The position numbers and the translations under genes were made by a program. Positions 1-13,168 of a stretch of 64,000 nt of DNA are shown in pieces. The notes under the pieces are model-generated. The model ran no database searches. It saw only the letters and a program-made list of their open reading frames with translations, and was not told the DNA's origin. The DNA lies in assembly GCA_000165425.1 (NCBI GenBank), contig CT868207.1, positions 1 through 64,000 of the forward strand, written 5' to 3'. Every line of letters begins with the position of its first letter. Position 1 is the stretch's first letter. The stretch comes from Paramecium tetraurelia (lineage: Eukaryota).

Positions 1-780
1 TGAAGAAGCTTTGTAAAATTATGATTCAGCAATTGAGAAAAATCCAGAAAATTCTGACTTATATTATAATAAAGGTACTATTAACTATTTTACATTTCTT
101 AGCTATTACATTAGATATAATGAACAGATTTGAAGAAGCTTTGTAAAATTATGATTCAGCAATTGAGAAAAATCCAGAAAATTCTGAATTTTATAAAGGC
201 AAAGGTACTATTAACTATTTTACATTTCTTAGCTATTACATTAGATCATATGAATAGATTTGAAGAAGCTTTGTAAAATTATGATTCAGCAATTGAGAAA
301 AATCCAGAAAATTCTGAATTTTATAAAGGCAAAGGTACTATTAACTATTTTACATTTCTTAGCTATTACATTAGATCATATGAATAGATTTGAAGAAGCT
401 TTGTAAAATTATGATTCAGCAATTGAGAAAAATCCAGAAAATTCTGAATTTTATAAAGGCAAAGGTACTATTAACTATTTTACATTTCTTAGCTATTACA
501 TTAGATCATATGAATAGATTTGAAGAAGCTTTGTAAAATTATGATTCAGCAATTGAGAAAAATCCTCAAAATTCTGACTTATATTATAATAAAGGTACTA
601 TTAACTATTTTATATTTCTTAGCTATTACATTAGATCATATGAATAGATTTGAAGAAGCTTTGTAAAATTATGATTCAGCGATTGAGAAAAATCCAGAAA
701 ATTCTGAAATATATAAAGAAAAAGGTATATTTAAGTATTTCTGATTTCCTAGCCATGACGTTATATATAATGAATAGATT
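1..780 (+). repeat. Near-perfect 130-bp tandem repeat (102-bp exon + 28-bp intron), ~6 copies
   Basis: tgaagaagctttgtaaaattatgattcagc recurs at 1, 131, 261, 391, 521, 651; intron gtactattaactattttacatttcttag identical in the first four copies. Confidence 0.95.
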
Positions 781-2937
781 TGAAGATGCTTTGGAACATT
801 TTAATTCTGCACTTTAGATAAATCCTGAAGAAACCAGATATTATATTGGCAAAGGTATAATTCAAATTGTATCAAATGTTTTAGCTAATGTTCTAAGTGA
901 GATGAATAGATTTATGGAAGCTTTGAGGAATTTTGATTTGGCCATTTCTAAAAATTCAGAAGATTCTACATATTACTTCTACAAAGGTAGAATACATCTT
1001 ATTTGATTTTTCAGCAATGACTCTATGCAAGATGATTAGATTAGAAGAAGCCTTACAGAATTATGATTTAGCAATTTCAAAAAATCCAGAAGAATCACAG
1101 TATTATAATTACAAAGGTTTAATTAATAACATATGATTACTTAGCGGTTACCCTAATTAAAATGAACAGATTAAGAGAAGCATTAGAAAACTTTGAAGTA
1201 GCAATTTAGAAAAATCCAGAAGATTCTAAGTGTTACGCAGGCAAAGGTAGATATATACTATTATGATTTTCTAGCTCAAACTCTACATAAAATGAAAAGA
1301 TTAGATGAAGCCTTAGAAAATTATAATTTAGCAATTTAGAAAAATCCAGAAGATTCTTAGTTTTATAATAATATAGGTACAATTGACAATTTTTGATTTT
1401 ATAGCTATTATTCTAAGTGAAATGAACAAATTAACAGAATCGCTAAAATATTTTGAATTAGCAGGATCAAAAAATACCAAAGATTTAATATATTATTTCA
1501 ACAAAGGTAATCCAATGTTTCTGATTTTACAGCTAATACTCTACTTAAAATGAACAAATTGGAAGAAGCTTTGTAAAATATGGAATTAGCAATTTAAGAA
1601 GATCCAGAAGATTCTATTTGCTATAATGGAAAAGGTATAATTAACAATGCTTGATTTCATAGCTGTTATTCTAAGTTAAATGAAAAAATTAGAAGAAGCT
1701 TTGGAATATTATGAATATGCAATTTAGAAAAGTCCTAATGATTCAAATTATTACTTTAATAAAGGTAGAATTAATTATGTAAGATTTTCTAGCTGATGTT
1801 CTACATTAATTGAAAAGATATGAAGAGGCTTTGAAATATTATGATTTAGCAATTAAACGAAATCCTGATGAACATTATTTCTTTAACAAAGGTAAAATTA
1901 ATAATGGATGATTTTTAAGCAAATACCCTAATCTAAATGAACAGATTGGAAGATGCTTTAGAAAATTTTAATTATGCAATTTAGAAAAATCCTGAAAGTT
2001 AGCAAAATTACATAAAAAAAGGTATAATTAATAATGGAAGATTTTTAGCTCATATTCTATTTATATTGAAAAGATATGAAGAAGCATTGAAATATTTTGA
2101 TTCTGCAATTTAGAAAAATCCTGATGATTCAAAGTATTACTGTGACAAAGGTATCATTCAAAAAGCTTAACTTTTTAGCTACGACTTTATATGAAATGAA
2201 GAGATTTTAAGAAGCTTTGAAAAATTTTGATTTAGCCATCGCCAAAAATCCAGAAGATTCAACGTTTTACTTCAGAAAAGGTTAACTATAAAAATTTATA
2301 ATTTTTTTCAGCAAATACTTTAATTGAAATGAAGAACTTTGAAGTAGCTTTGAAATATTTTAATTTAGCCATTTAGAGAAATCCTGATGATTCAAAGTAT
2401 TACTTTAACAAAGGTAATACCCATAATGGATGATTATTTAGCTACTACTTTAATTTAAATCAACAGATTTGAGGAGGCTTGGAAAAATTTTCATTATGCA
2501 ATATAAAAGAATCCTGATGATTCAATGATTTAAGATCTAATTCATAAAGTATGATTTTTAGCTCAAATTTTAATGAAGATGAATAAATTTTAAGAAGAAT
2601 TTAAAATTTAAATGAAAACCAATCCAATAATCCAAGCTTATACATTAAATTCCTTCAATCAATTTTAGGAGGCGTTAAAATTTGTCAATTTTAGAAATCG
2701 GAATTCTAATATGGCTGATGATAATGAACTAAAAGGTATATCACCATTTTTTAAGTTATAGCAAACATATTAAAATCCATGATTAAGATTATGGAAGTAC
2801 TTAAGTTTATTGATGAGTTAATTAATAGAATTGAGAGTTCTAAATACTATACAGAAAAAGGTAATTCTAACTTAATTAATAAAATTTCAGCTGGCATGTA
2901 AAACAAAAAGAACAATGAACCATAAAACTACAAATGA
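1..2937 (+). CDS. TPR-repeat protein (5' truncated by window), ~20 repeat units each on a 102-bp exon; 3' end degenerate (may stop at TGA 2552-2554)
   Basis: Spliced translation gives classic 34-aa TPRs, e.g. YYNKAITLDIMNRFEEALQNYDSAIEKNPENS; GT..AG introns at 75-102, 205-232, 335-362, 465-492, 595-622, 725-752, 855-884, 987-1014 etc.; last exon ends TGA 2935-2937. Confidence 0.9.
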
Positions 2938-4442
2938 AATTATAATGAAAAATAAATAATGAATTTATTAACCGAGTGATTATATTATTTTCAAATTAGC
3001 TTTCATCTATTATTTATGTGTCGTTGGAAAGAATCATCAGAATTATATAAAATATTCCAATAAATTTATCAAAATTAGGAATTTCTGAATAAAATATAGA
3101 GTTCATATATAAAAGTATTTTTAGGGAATATTTTAATTTGCTAATATTAATTAACGCTATAGTCAATGATTGAAATATATATGAAAAGCAATATAAATAT
3201 ATTCATCATTAGAAAATAACAGATATTTCATCTACTCGAATACTATAGCTTTATATGGTAAGGATTATCCCCAATTATATAATAAGAAGAATTGATGGCT
3301 TGGGCATAACTTTTACACTGTTTAATTATTATTCTTAGATAAATTCTCACTATTGGGTATTAACAGATAACATTCAAGAACAATCTGCACACTAAAACAG
3401 CCTAAAATATCCATCCCCAATGGGTTTTTAGAGTTTTGTATTAAAGCTCTTCTCTCAAAATTTCACTTTTGTTCTTTTTTTTTTAAGCTTTAGTCAAATT
3501 TGACATTCATTTTTAATTTCCCTAAGTTTAAATAGTTATTACTCATAATCCAAAATTGTGTAAAGTGTTTAAAAATCCGGTTCTCTATCATATTTTTGAC
3601 TCTCCAATTAACCTTTCAATCAGATCAAACCCTTCTTCATTTTCATACACTGTGTAAGAAAATATTATTAATCTTCTGTATTAGATAAACCTACATTGAT
3701 CTTGAAAAAAACGTTCTCTAGTAAACCTTTTCTTTTTGACGTAATTTTTCAAAAGTGTTCCAATTTAGGCTGAATTTGATTCGTAAATTTCGATCTAAAA
3801 TACTTGAAATAACTTACATGTAATTATGCGGTCGCTGTAGTCAGGTTAAAATTGTTCTCATTTCTTTACACTCTAAAAAAAGTGAGTACCATAATTTGAT
3901 TTTCTATTTTAGTCTATTTTCGTCTAACGTAAAATAAAAGATTTATAAGTAGTTAAGCTAGATAATCTTATTTTAGTTTATATTTCTATAGTTTTGCAAA
4001 AATTGTGTATTGACAACAGCTAATTCTATTATATTTCTAAAAATGACTATGTAAATTAAAGATATACAAAATTTTCAGATATTAATAAAGACTAATAATT
4101 GAAAATCTATTAATTTAAATAAAAAATTGTATTTATAGTATTTATCCTATTAGAGTTCATTTTATTAATTTAACAGTATTGACCAATATTTGATTCTCTA
4201 ATATAAGTAGTAAACTATCTAATTGTAGATGGGTATTTGGGTTTTAAAATCTAATTTTTAATTATTCCATTTCACTAAGTATAAACCAAAATTTCTATAT
4301 CTAATTTGCAAATAAAAAGAAAACGATATTTATTTTTATTCTAAATTTAATTGGAATCTATGTCCTCTAATTCAACGTCGTTATAGACAATTATAATTCA
4401 TTTATAAAATTTATATTTTTTATATTAGAGTAAAATTAAGTT

Positions 4443-6937
4443 ATGGATTTTGATTTAACAAGGTTTGAATTTATATCTTAAGAGCCTTATATTAAGCATA
4501 ATAATAGAACGTTTTTTAAGTTGAGAGAGAAAAAAAATTAATCAAAGGTAAAAATGTTGTTTTAAATTATTAGATATTTACATTCTTGATAATTGATGGG
4601 GTTAGCGAAGATAATTTAATGAAAAATCACATACATTGTTAAGGAAGAACTGAAGGAATAGTGAAAATAAAAGGACATAAAAACTTGGACTTTTAAGATT
4701 AATTTGGGATTAAAGTTTGCCGATAAGGATACCTCTTAGAGGAAATCTCATAAAGTCTTTTCTAAGTAGCATAAATCGAAAAAATAAATGAAATTATCAT
4801 CTCTTAACTATTGCTTGAAGTTGTAACAATTTTAGCTGATTTGCAAGAGGAAGAAATTGCATTACCATACATAACACCTGATCAAATAATGAGAATGAAG
4901 GATGGGAGATTTAAATTATTTGATGTTAATCATGCCATTAGTGTTATAGGAATGGACAGCAGTGTTTAAAGAGAAATTAAAAGTGATATTAATTACATGG
5001 ATCCTGATACATTTGCTGCTTCAATATCAGGTTAAATTTCAACTCTTCAAAATTATTTTAAATCAGTTGTTTATTCTTTTGGATTGATCATCTTGGAATT
5101 TAATTGCTAATAGTAAGAATTATATAATCAACATAGATTTTCAAATCACAGAAAAACAGAAGAACAAATTGCCTTCATGTTAGAACAATTAAGCATTATG
5201 AATCCAAATATTTCAGACTTAGTTAATTAGATGGTCTAATCTTCAAAAAATAAGAGACCTAATTGCAAAGAAGTGTATGACCATATGATAGAAATCAAAA
5301 ATGCAATAGAAAATAAAGTAGAAATTTAGATGGGATAAGAATTCAATTAGTAGCAAGATAATACTTTTAATTGGACTAAACAATTTACAGTTTCATAACC
5401 AATTAATGAAAATTTCTTTTCATAAGAATAATTTGGAGAAACAAATAAACAAATTTAACATCAATAGGTTTAACGTTTTTAGGATAGCTTGGCTTATAGT
5501 GATAATTGCTAAACAATGTAATTTGTTTAAAGTGGTATCAAATTACCAGAAAATCTGAGGAATTAAATAAAGCAATGGTAGGAACGACAATAACAAATTT
5601 AATCACAATAAGACTTTACTTTGAGATAGGATGAGCCTACTAGTAATCATTTAGAAAGCTCAGATGAAATAGAATAAAATTTTTATAATTAAATGACATT
5701 TGCATAATTGGTGGAGATACTCAACAGATTTCCATTGATTAAACAAATAAATGAGAATGATTTGATGATAAATGAGTAATAGTTAATTTATATCTAGCGA
5801 ATACAATATAGATGAGCAATAAAATATATTTAGATGCACCTATCAAAATTAAGAGAAGGTGGTTAAGATATATCGAAACAAACCAGCTTCTCATATCTTC
5901 TAATTACTCAACAACATCAATCACATTTAAAAATTAAAAATTTACGGTTTATGTATCTACGAAGGATATTATTTGTAAGAATCTGAAAATGGATCTTGTT
6001 TAGGAACTCTTTATCTTATAACACAATAAATGAACTGTGATTTAGAAAGAGCCTTGGCTATTCCATAAATACACTAAAAAAAATAGAAAGAATAAGTAAT
6101 TTTGAACATATCTCTATTTCTCAAAGCATATAATGAACACTTTACTCATGGAAATCTGAAACCTTCAAATATTTTATTAGGTAAGTTATTTATTAAGAAG
6201 TAGATAATTCATTGAACATTTATGTTACAGATTATGGCTTAAGTGAAGTAAAAGGAGAATTAGATGATCAGCTCTATAGTAGTAAACCATCTTGTGTTTA
6301 TTCCCCTCCAGAAAAAACATTAAGGAACACATTATCTAACACATCAGATGTTTGGAGTTTTGGAATCATAATTAGTGATATTCTTACAGGATAAAAAATG
6401 AACAACACTATCATCTAAAAATTAGGAATGAAGGACCATACTTATCAAGGGCACTTATCAGTAGATAAATTAGATTTTTTTCCTGCAACTGAATAAAACA
6501 ATAAAATGAAAAATCTTCTCAAATAAATGACACTGTATAATTGTGAAAAGAGAATTACAAGTGATTTGGTCCACAATGAACTTAAAATTATCTTCCAATG
6601 GACAGATTAATCAAATTTCAAGAGCAATAATACCAATAATTTTTACCCTGGAAACAAAATTTCATAATCAAATATATAGAAAAATAATTATGTATAACCT
6701 TAGCCATAGCTATATTCTATAAATTAAAATTAATAAAGCCCATCCTTTACTAGTATTAAATAGACTATTTAATCTAATCAAAATAAAATCCACAGAAACA
6801 CTGGATTATCCCATAAAATTCCACCTCCCTCTGCTAGGTAATAAAGATTTGATAAATCTGGTGGTGAGTTTTACATATAAGGAAAGACAGTTAATTTATA
6901 ACCACAAGATGGAGGAAAACAAAAAAAATCATAATGA
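4443..6937 (+). CDS. Protein with two kinase-like domains (probable tandem pseudokinase) and Q/N-rich linker and tail
   Basis: ATG 4443; domain 1 LPYITPDQI..KLFDV..YMDPD..VVYSFGLIILE; domain 2 HGNLKPSNILL..DYGLSE..YSPPE..SDVWSFG; TGA 6935-6937. Confidence 0.8.
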
Positions 6938-7405
6938 TATAATTACTTTAAAAAATAATTTTTAGAATACAGCAGACAATATTTACATATCTTAATATCA
7001 ATCTTGACTGTTTAAACGATACATAAATTAACAATCGTTCTATCCAATTGTGGCTCTAAATTATTAACTTATTATAGTTTTAAATCAGATTCTACCTTCA
7101 TCATAGATCTTCTTCCAACATATGTGATTCTCTGAAAACGTATCAAATTCAACATCCATACTAAAAGTTTAAATATTATGAAGAAGTGATTTCTTTAGAA
7201 ATAATTGATACAAAAATATTCATTTTTTCAATAATTTGCCCTTTCACTTTCCCTTCAATCTGTTTATCAATTTTCAACATATAGTTACTTATGTTGTTAA
7301 ATAAAACACAGAGAAATCTCAATCAATTGCAGCAATATAAGATTATTTATCAATTAATTTTTAATTTAAAATTCGCAATCTAAGTATTTGATAAGATTTA
7401 ATAAT

Positions 7406-8537
7406 ATGTTAAATAAAATATTTATTAGAGCATATTTTTAGACTGTTAAAGCAGTGCGATTCACTTTCGACGAGATATAAAACTGTAGCAGCAATTTAAA
7501 TGCAAAAATTGAAGAGGCCTATGGATCACATGGATTAGGACTTGCAATTGTTAGTGGAATCCCTAACTATTCAAAAATGAGACTAGAACTATTACCTTTG
7601 GCATAGAAATTGGCTATTCAACCAAAAGAATATTTAAAAAGTCTTGAAAGGCCAGAAGCATTTCATTCAAAAGGTTGGAGTTGTGGTGTTGAATAAGTAA
7701 AGGAAAAAATAATAAATTTAGTTTAAAGGCAAATTTGATAAATCAAAAGGGTCTTTTTATAATAATCCAAATTATGATACACCTCATGATTTAGGGAAGG
7801 AATATGAGCATTTAATTAAAAAGGGCAGTCTCATAAGGTTGGACAATGTATGGCCAAATAGAATCCCAGAATTAGAAGGGGCATTTAAGAACCTTGGGAG
7901 ATTGATGGTAGATACAGGAGCTTTGTTATCTTATCATATTGATAAATACATCTATTCAAAGTGTAATACTTATGAAATGGGAAAATTATACAGATATATT
8001 AGATCCGGTGATTCTCATGTTGGAAGATTGTTGCATTATTTTGATGGGCCAAATACTGACGAATGGTGTGGATGGCATAATGATCATAGTGCCCTGACAG
8101 CTCTAACTTGTCCTATATATATGCACAATGATAAAATTGTAGATTATACAGATAAAGAAGGAGGTTTGTTAGCTAAAAATAGATATGCAGAAATAATGAA
8201 AGTAGGAATGGACCCAGATTGCTTGGCATTTTAAATTGGAGAAACAGCATAGATAGTGTCAGGAGGAATAGTTGAAGCCACACCTCATTGCGTAAAATCA
8301 GTTTTAATTAAATAGGTTGTTAAGAGTGATGAAACTGTAAGAAGGTAATTGAACAGAAATACTTTTGCTGTATTTATGGGTCCATTGTTTAATGAAGTTT
8401 TAAATGTTCCAAAGGGGATCGACAAAAATAAAGCATTGAATAAGCCAGCCTATAACATTCCATCTCTCTTAGGAAGATGGGATGAAAACATGACATTCTT
8501 GGAGTATAGCGCCAATAGTTTTAAAGCTTATTCTTGA
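7406..8537 (+). CDS. 2OG-Fe(II) dioxygenase (IPNS/clavaminate synthase-like superfamily), possible mitochondrial presequence
   Basis: AYGSHGLGLAIVSGIP, GRLLHYF, WCGWHNDHSALT (HxD), ATPHCV (distal His), RNTFAVFM; TGA 8535-8537. Confidence 0.85.
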
Positions 8538-9656
8538 AATTAGAAGAATGTTTAGCATAAATATTATATATAATTATTTTTTCAATATTTAGTTTGCCTT
8601 GCATTATTGTATATAAGAAAAACTTAATTGTTGATTCAAAATCTTAATTTTTATTAAAATTATTGTGGTCTGCCTAAAGATAATTTAACTAAAACCATAA
8701 AAAATAGTATCATCATTTAAATCATGTATAGTATAGAAATTCAGCTTCAAAAAATTAAATACGTCATCACTAATTGTTAACTTCTATATTAAATGTCAAT
8801 TAGATATTAATTCATGAATTATCCAAAAAATTCATTCTTAATTCTAAAGGCCTAAAACAAAAGTCAATCAACTACTCTACACCTAATCGTTTATAATCAC
8901 TGCATTTATTAAAGAATTTTTAAGAAATTTAGAATAGCAATTGTCAAAAGCCAGATTTAATGGAGAATTTTAATAGTTTATAAATTGTTGAGAATGTTAA
9001 TCAAAAATTCATATATTTAATCTTCATTTCTCAAGAAAAAATAAAACATATCGTCATACGCTTCAATGATTTGAACTCTTACTCAAATTAAAGGTTGTAA
9101 TCACATATTTATAATTAATATAAAAATCATTTTAATCAGCAAAGAAGGATTAGAATCAGGATAAGGTTCATAACTTCGAATATATTCAAGAGGAATTTAA
9201 ATGAAAAACAATGAAAAGGAATCACAGTTATCAATATTGATCTTACAATAATTTCTTTTGATGAATTACTTATTCTGAAATGAGATTTCTTATGAAATAT
9301 ATTTTATTAAAATTATTCAAAATTGATTCCAATATTCATTGTAGGGATTTAATTGAACATTAAGTGCACTCTAAGTAATGGTATGATTAAATCCCCCATT
9401 TAATGAGAGCCAATATTTCATAAAATATCGTACAACAAATCAATTTTAATATTCAATTTATGTATATATATATTATTCCATATTTTACATCCTTGTATTT
9501 AGATATTCTTTATAGTCAGAAAGAATCAAAATTTAAGTGATGATATAAATCAAATTTTCTAAATATTTTTTATTTTCATATCCAAATGTCAAAAAAATCT
9601 ACTCAAGTTATGATAAAAAGCATAATAATAAGTGAGGCAAGAGGGAAATTCAAAAA

Positions 9657-12600
9657 ATGTCAAATTTGTTAGAAAGAATTTGGAATTTTTCATAAAGAAC
9701 ACCAATGCAAAAGGTTAGAAAAATAATCTCAATTTTAGGTGCCGAAGAGCAGTTTGCTAGAATTGTGCAAATCATCATGGTCCTATACTAGGAGATGCTG
9801 GATTTTCCAAATAAACTCACAGAATTTGTAATACTTGTAAGGAGGAAAGCGATGCAATCAAAAAGTTTATCGAACAATACAAAATAGGTTTAGGAAAAGA
9901 TACCTTTTCAATTGATTGGCTTAAGGCATCGGGTCTAACAGTAGACATCGCTAAAAAGGTAGTACCATTTTTATATTTTAGGAATACGAATTTGCTTAAA
10001 AAGAGAATGACAAGGCAAAGGATAAAGGAGAGTTCTTGAAAATGAAATAAGAATTACAATTGGCGATGATTGACTTTTGGCTTAATCTAAATTATTCTTT
10101 GAGGGAATTTTTGTTTTATTTATTGAAGGATCTCGAATTAGATTAATTACAATAACAAATATGTCGAGTTTTGGGAGCTATTCTGTTATAATATCCAGAA
10201 ATCGGATATGGCCCAGACTAAGTTATATTAACAATATTTTTATTGTGTTTCTGTTCTGAAGCATCAGCATACACAATCTTAACAATATTGTACTCGGACA
10301 TTATTCCTTCTTATTTGTACCCATTGAATTTAAGAAAAACACCCTATGACTATCAACATGAAATCGACTAAGTCCTTTAGGTACTGGAGTAAGGATTTAA
10401 AATTAAATCATCAGAAATATAAAACATCAAACCATTTGTTAGAACTAGAATCTCAAGATATGTCCTTCCTTTGGGAATTAACTTTTATTAATTTTAGACA
10501 TCTTTCTATATGATTAATCAAATATTATTTGGTACAAAGACTGGATATGACAATTTTATCAAATGTATAGCTGTCAGCTATTATTAATAATTCGAAGATA
10601 TCAAAATTATGATAAATGCTCAAGATGATGCAGAGGCTTAGATTTTGAGAAATGTGAAATCAACTCAATGTGAGAAAGATTTTCTCCTCACTAAAGTAAT
10701 AATATTTCTACCTCACAAACGAGTGACTTAAAGCGTTGTCATACAGAGATCAAATGAAAAAAAAACATCAAATTAAATATAGCCAGAGCATAATAGGGAT
10801 GTTAAGGTTGAAATTTAAATTAAGACAGATAATAGCATGACCGAGTATGCGGCTGTTTAAGATAAAAGCTTTTAGGAATTGAGAAGAAAATCAGTTGAAG
10901 TAAAAGCAACACCAGAGGCTGATGAAGAAAAAACAAATCTCAAATAATATATCGAAAAAATAGAAGAAACATTAATGTTAAAACATAAATTAGTCACAGA
11001 ATTGTAGAATAGAATCAAAGAATTATAAAATTAACCTCCATAAATTAATAATACCTTAGACGTGGATAAGTAACTTATAGAAGCTAATGAATAATTAAGA
11101 AGAAGAATTTAGGAATAAGATGTTCAAATTTCATAATTAGAAGAGTAAAATAAATATTCAAATAAGCTTCAAGAAGATGCTTAAGAGATGGTAACTTCCA
11201 TTTAGCAATCAAATAAAGAATTAGAATAATAACTTGAGACTTCTTTAAGAACTAATAAGGATTTGTACCTTTAGATTAAAGATTTAAAAAATTAAAGTTC
11301 TAAACTTGAACCTCCTTCTCCTCTAACACCTTCAAGGGAAAAAAACTATTAAATCAATATTGCTTTGGTTTAAAAAAAAAACGAGGAATAATTATAGTCG
11401 AAACTGGATGAAGAGTAACAAAAAACAGTTTAATTGTAATAATAGATGAATTAATTGAATAAAGAGCTGTTGGGTTTATAATAATTAAATTAAGATAAAC
11501 TCAAGATTATTGGAAATTTAGAAGTTAGATTGATTGAATTGGATTCTACAAGAAAAGAAAATGAAAAACTCACACTTGAAATTGCAGCTCTTTTTAAAAA
11601 GATTGAACATCATGAATTAGTGATAATTTAACAACAAGAGGAGCTTGATGATTTGAAGGCTAAATATGATCATTTATTTAAATAGCATGAAATCTAAAGT
11701 GAAGAATTGGATCAAGTAAGAATAGAAAAAAGATAAAACTTAGAGGAGTACGATAGGAAGGAGAATGAATTATTACTAATCATTGAAGATTTAAAAAACA
11801 GATTGGCAGAAGTGAATAAATAATATTAAACTACTTCAGATCAATTAAATCAATGTCTAGACAATAACAACTAATTGTAGAATTTGGTCTAAGAAAAAGA
11901 TGAGACAATTAAACTACTTGAGGCAGGTATAGCTAAGGGAGTTAAGAAAATTGCTGAAATAGAAGCCAATCATCATAAATAACAGGATGATGATAGAAAA
12001 AAAATTGAAGAATTAAATCAAATTATTGAACAAAATAATAAAAAAATTAAAGATCTTGAAGATAGTATAGCAGAAAAGGATGCTAAACTTGAGGAGCACA
12101 GGAAGGAATTTAAGGCACTTAAAATCATATTTGTAAGTTTAGAGGAGAAATGGACGAAATTAGATAATGATCATAAGGATTTAAGTGGTAAGCATGAAAA
12201 ATTGATCGCAGAATGCGAAGAATGGAAAAAGAAATTTAAGGATCAAGATGGTGAACATTAAGGATTAAAGGAAAAATATAGAATAATTGTTATAGAATAT
12301 GAAAAAGTAAAAGGAAATACAAATGATAAATTGAATGAACTAAAATCTCAAAATGAAGATCTTTAAAGAAAACTTAAAGCATTAGAAGACAAACATTAAT
12401 TACTGTAAAATTAGCATCAAGCATTAATGGATAGATTGGAGAAAGAAACCTAAAACCACATCAAGAAGGTTGGAGAACTAGATTTAATAATTATAGGATT
12501 GGAAAAGAAGGCTCATGAATACAAGACATTAAGTGAAAATTAAAAATTAGAAATTGTTAATTTATAAGCAATTATTAAAGAATTAGAAGCTAAAATTGGC

Positions 12601-13053
12601 TAAACAGAAAAAGACTAACAAAATAGACATCAATTATTGCTTGTTTAAATAACTTAACATTTAGAGAAAGTGACCAAATTAGAAAATAGAAATAGCAAGC
12701 TTGAATTAGATGTTTTAGAATTAGAAAAAAAAATTTAAGAACTCATTTTGTATAATTAGGATTACAAAAATGAAATCATCAAACAAGATGAAAAGATTAC
12801 AATTTTAATTAGGGAAGGATAGACCAAAGAATCAGAAATACTAAAACTTATTGAAGTGATTGAAAGGTAGAAACTCGAATTGATTGATTACGAGAAAATT
12901 ATTAGAGAGCTAAGATAGAAAATTTAAGAACTTGAACTAATTATTGTAGAGAAGGATAAGAAAATTGTTGAGCAAGAAAAGTCAATTAAAAAACTATAAA
13001 CATTGCTTGTACAATTTAAGACATTATCAGAAGAAATGGCCTCAATAAATTGA
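9657..13053 (+). CDS. Degenerate TBC (Rab-GAP-like) domain followed by long coiled coil
   Basis: ATG 9657; ICRVLGAILLYNPEIGYGPDQVILTIFLLCFCSEASAYTIL resembles the TBC core; long E/K/Q heptad region; TGA 13051-13053. Confidence 0.7.
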
Positions 13054-13168
13054 AGTTATTTACAATATAAAATAAATTATTATTCATATGATTTTATAAA
13101 AAAAATCAATCTCTTTTCAAAAGGGTCTTAATTACTGGTGAAAGAGGAAAGTATAAAGGTTTCTAAAT

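Noticed and set aside
1..780. CRISPR-like or satellite array
   Set aside because: The period equals a 34-codon exon plus a GT..AG intron and there are no unique spacers; it is coding TPR sequence
3250..3900. Possible minus-strand gene with intron-like segments
   Set aside because: Frames contain TGA stops and no family is recognisable; may be a relic but cannot be supported
8640..9500. Coding-like stretch between the dioxygenase and TBC-like genes
   Set aside because: No continuous frame or recognisable motif
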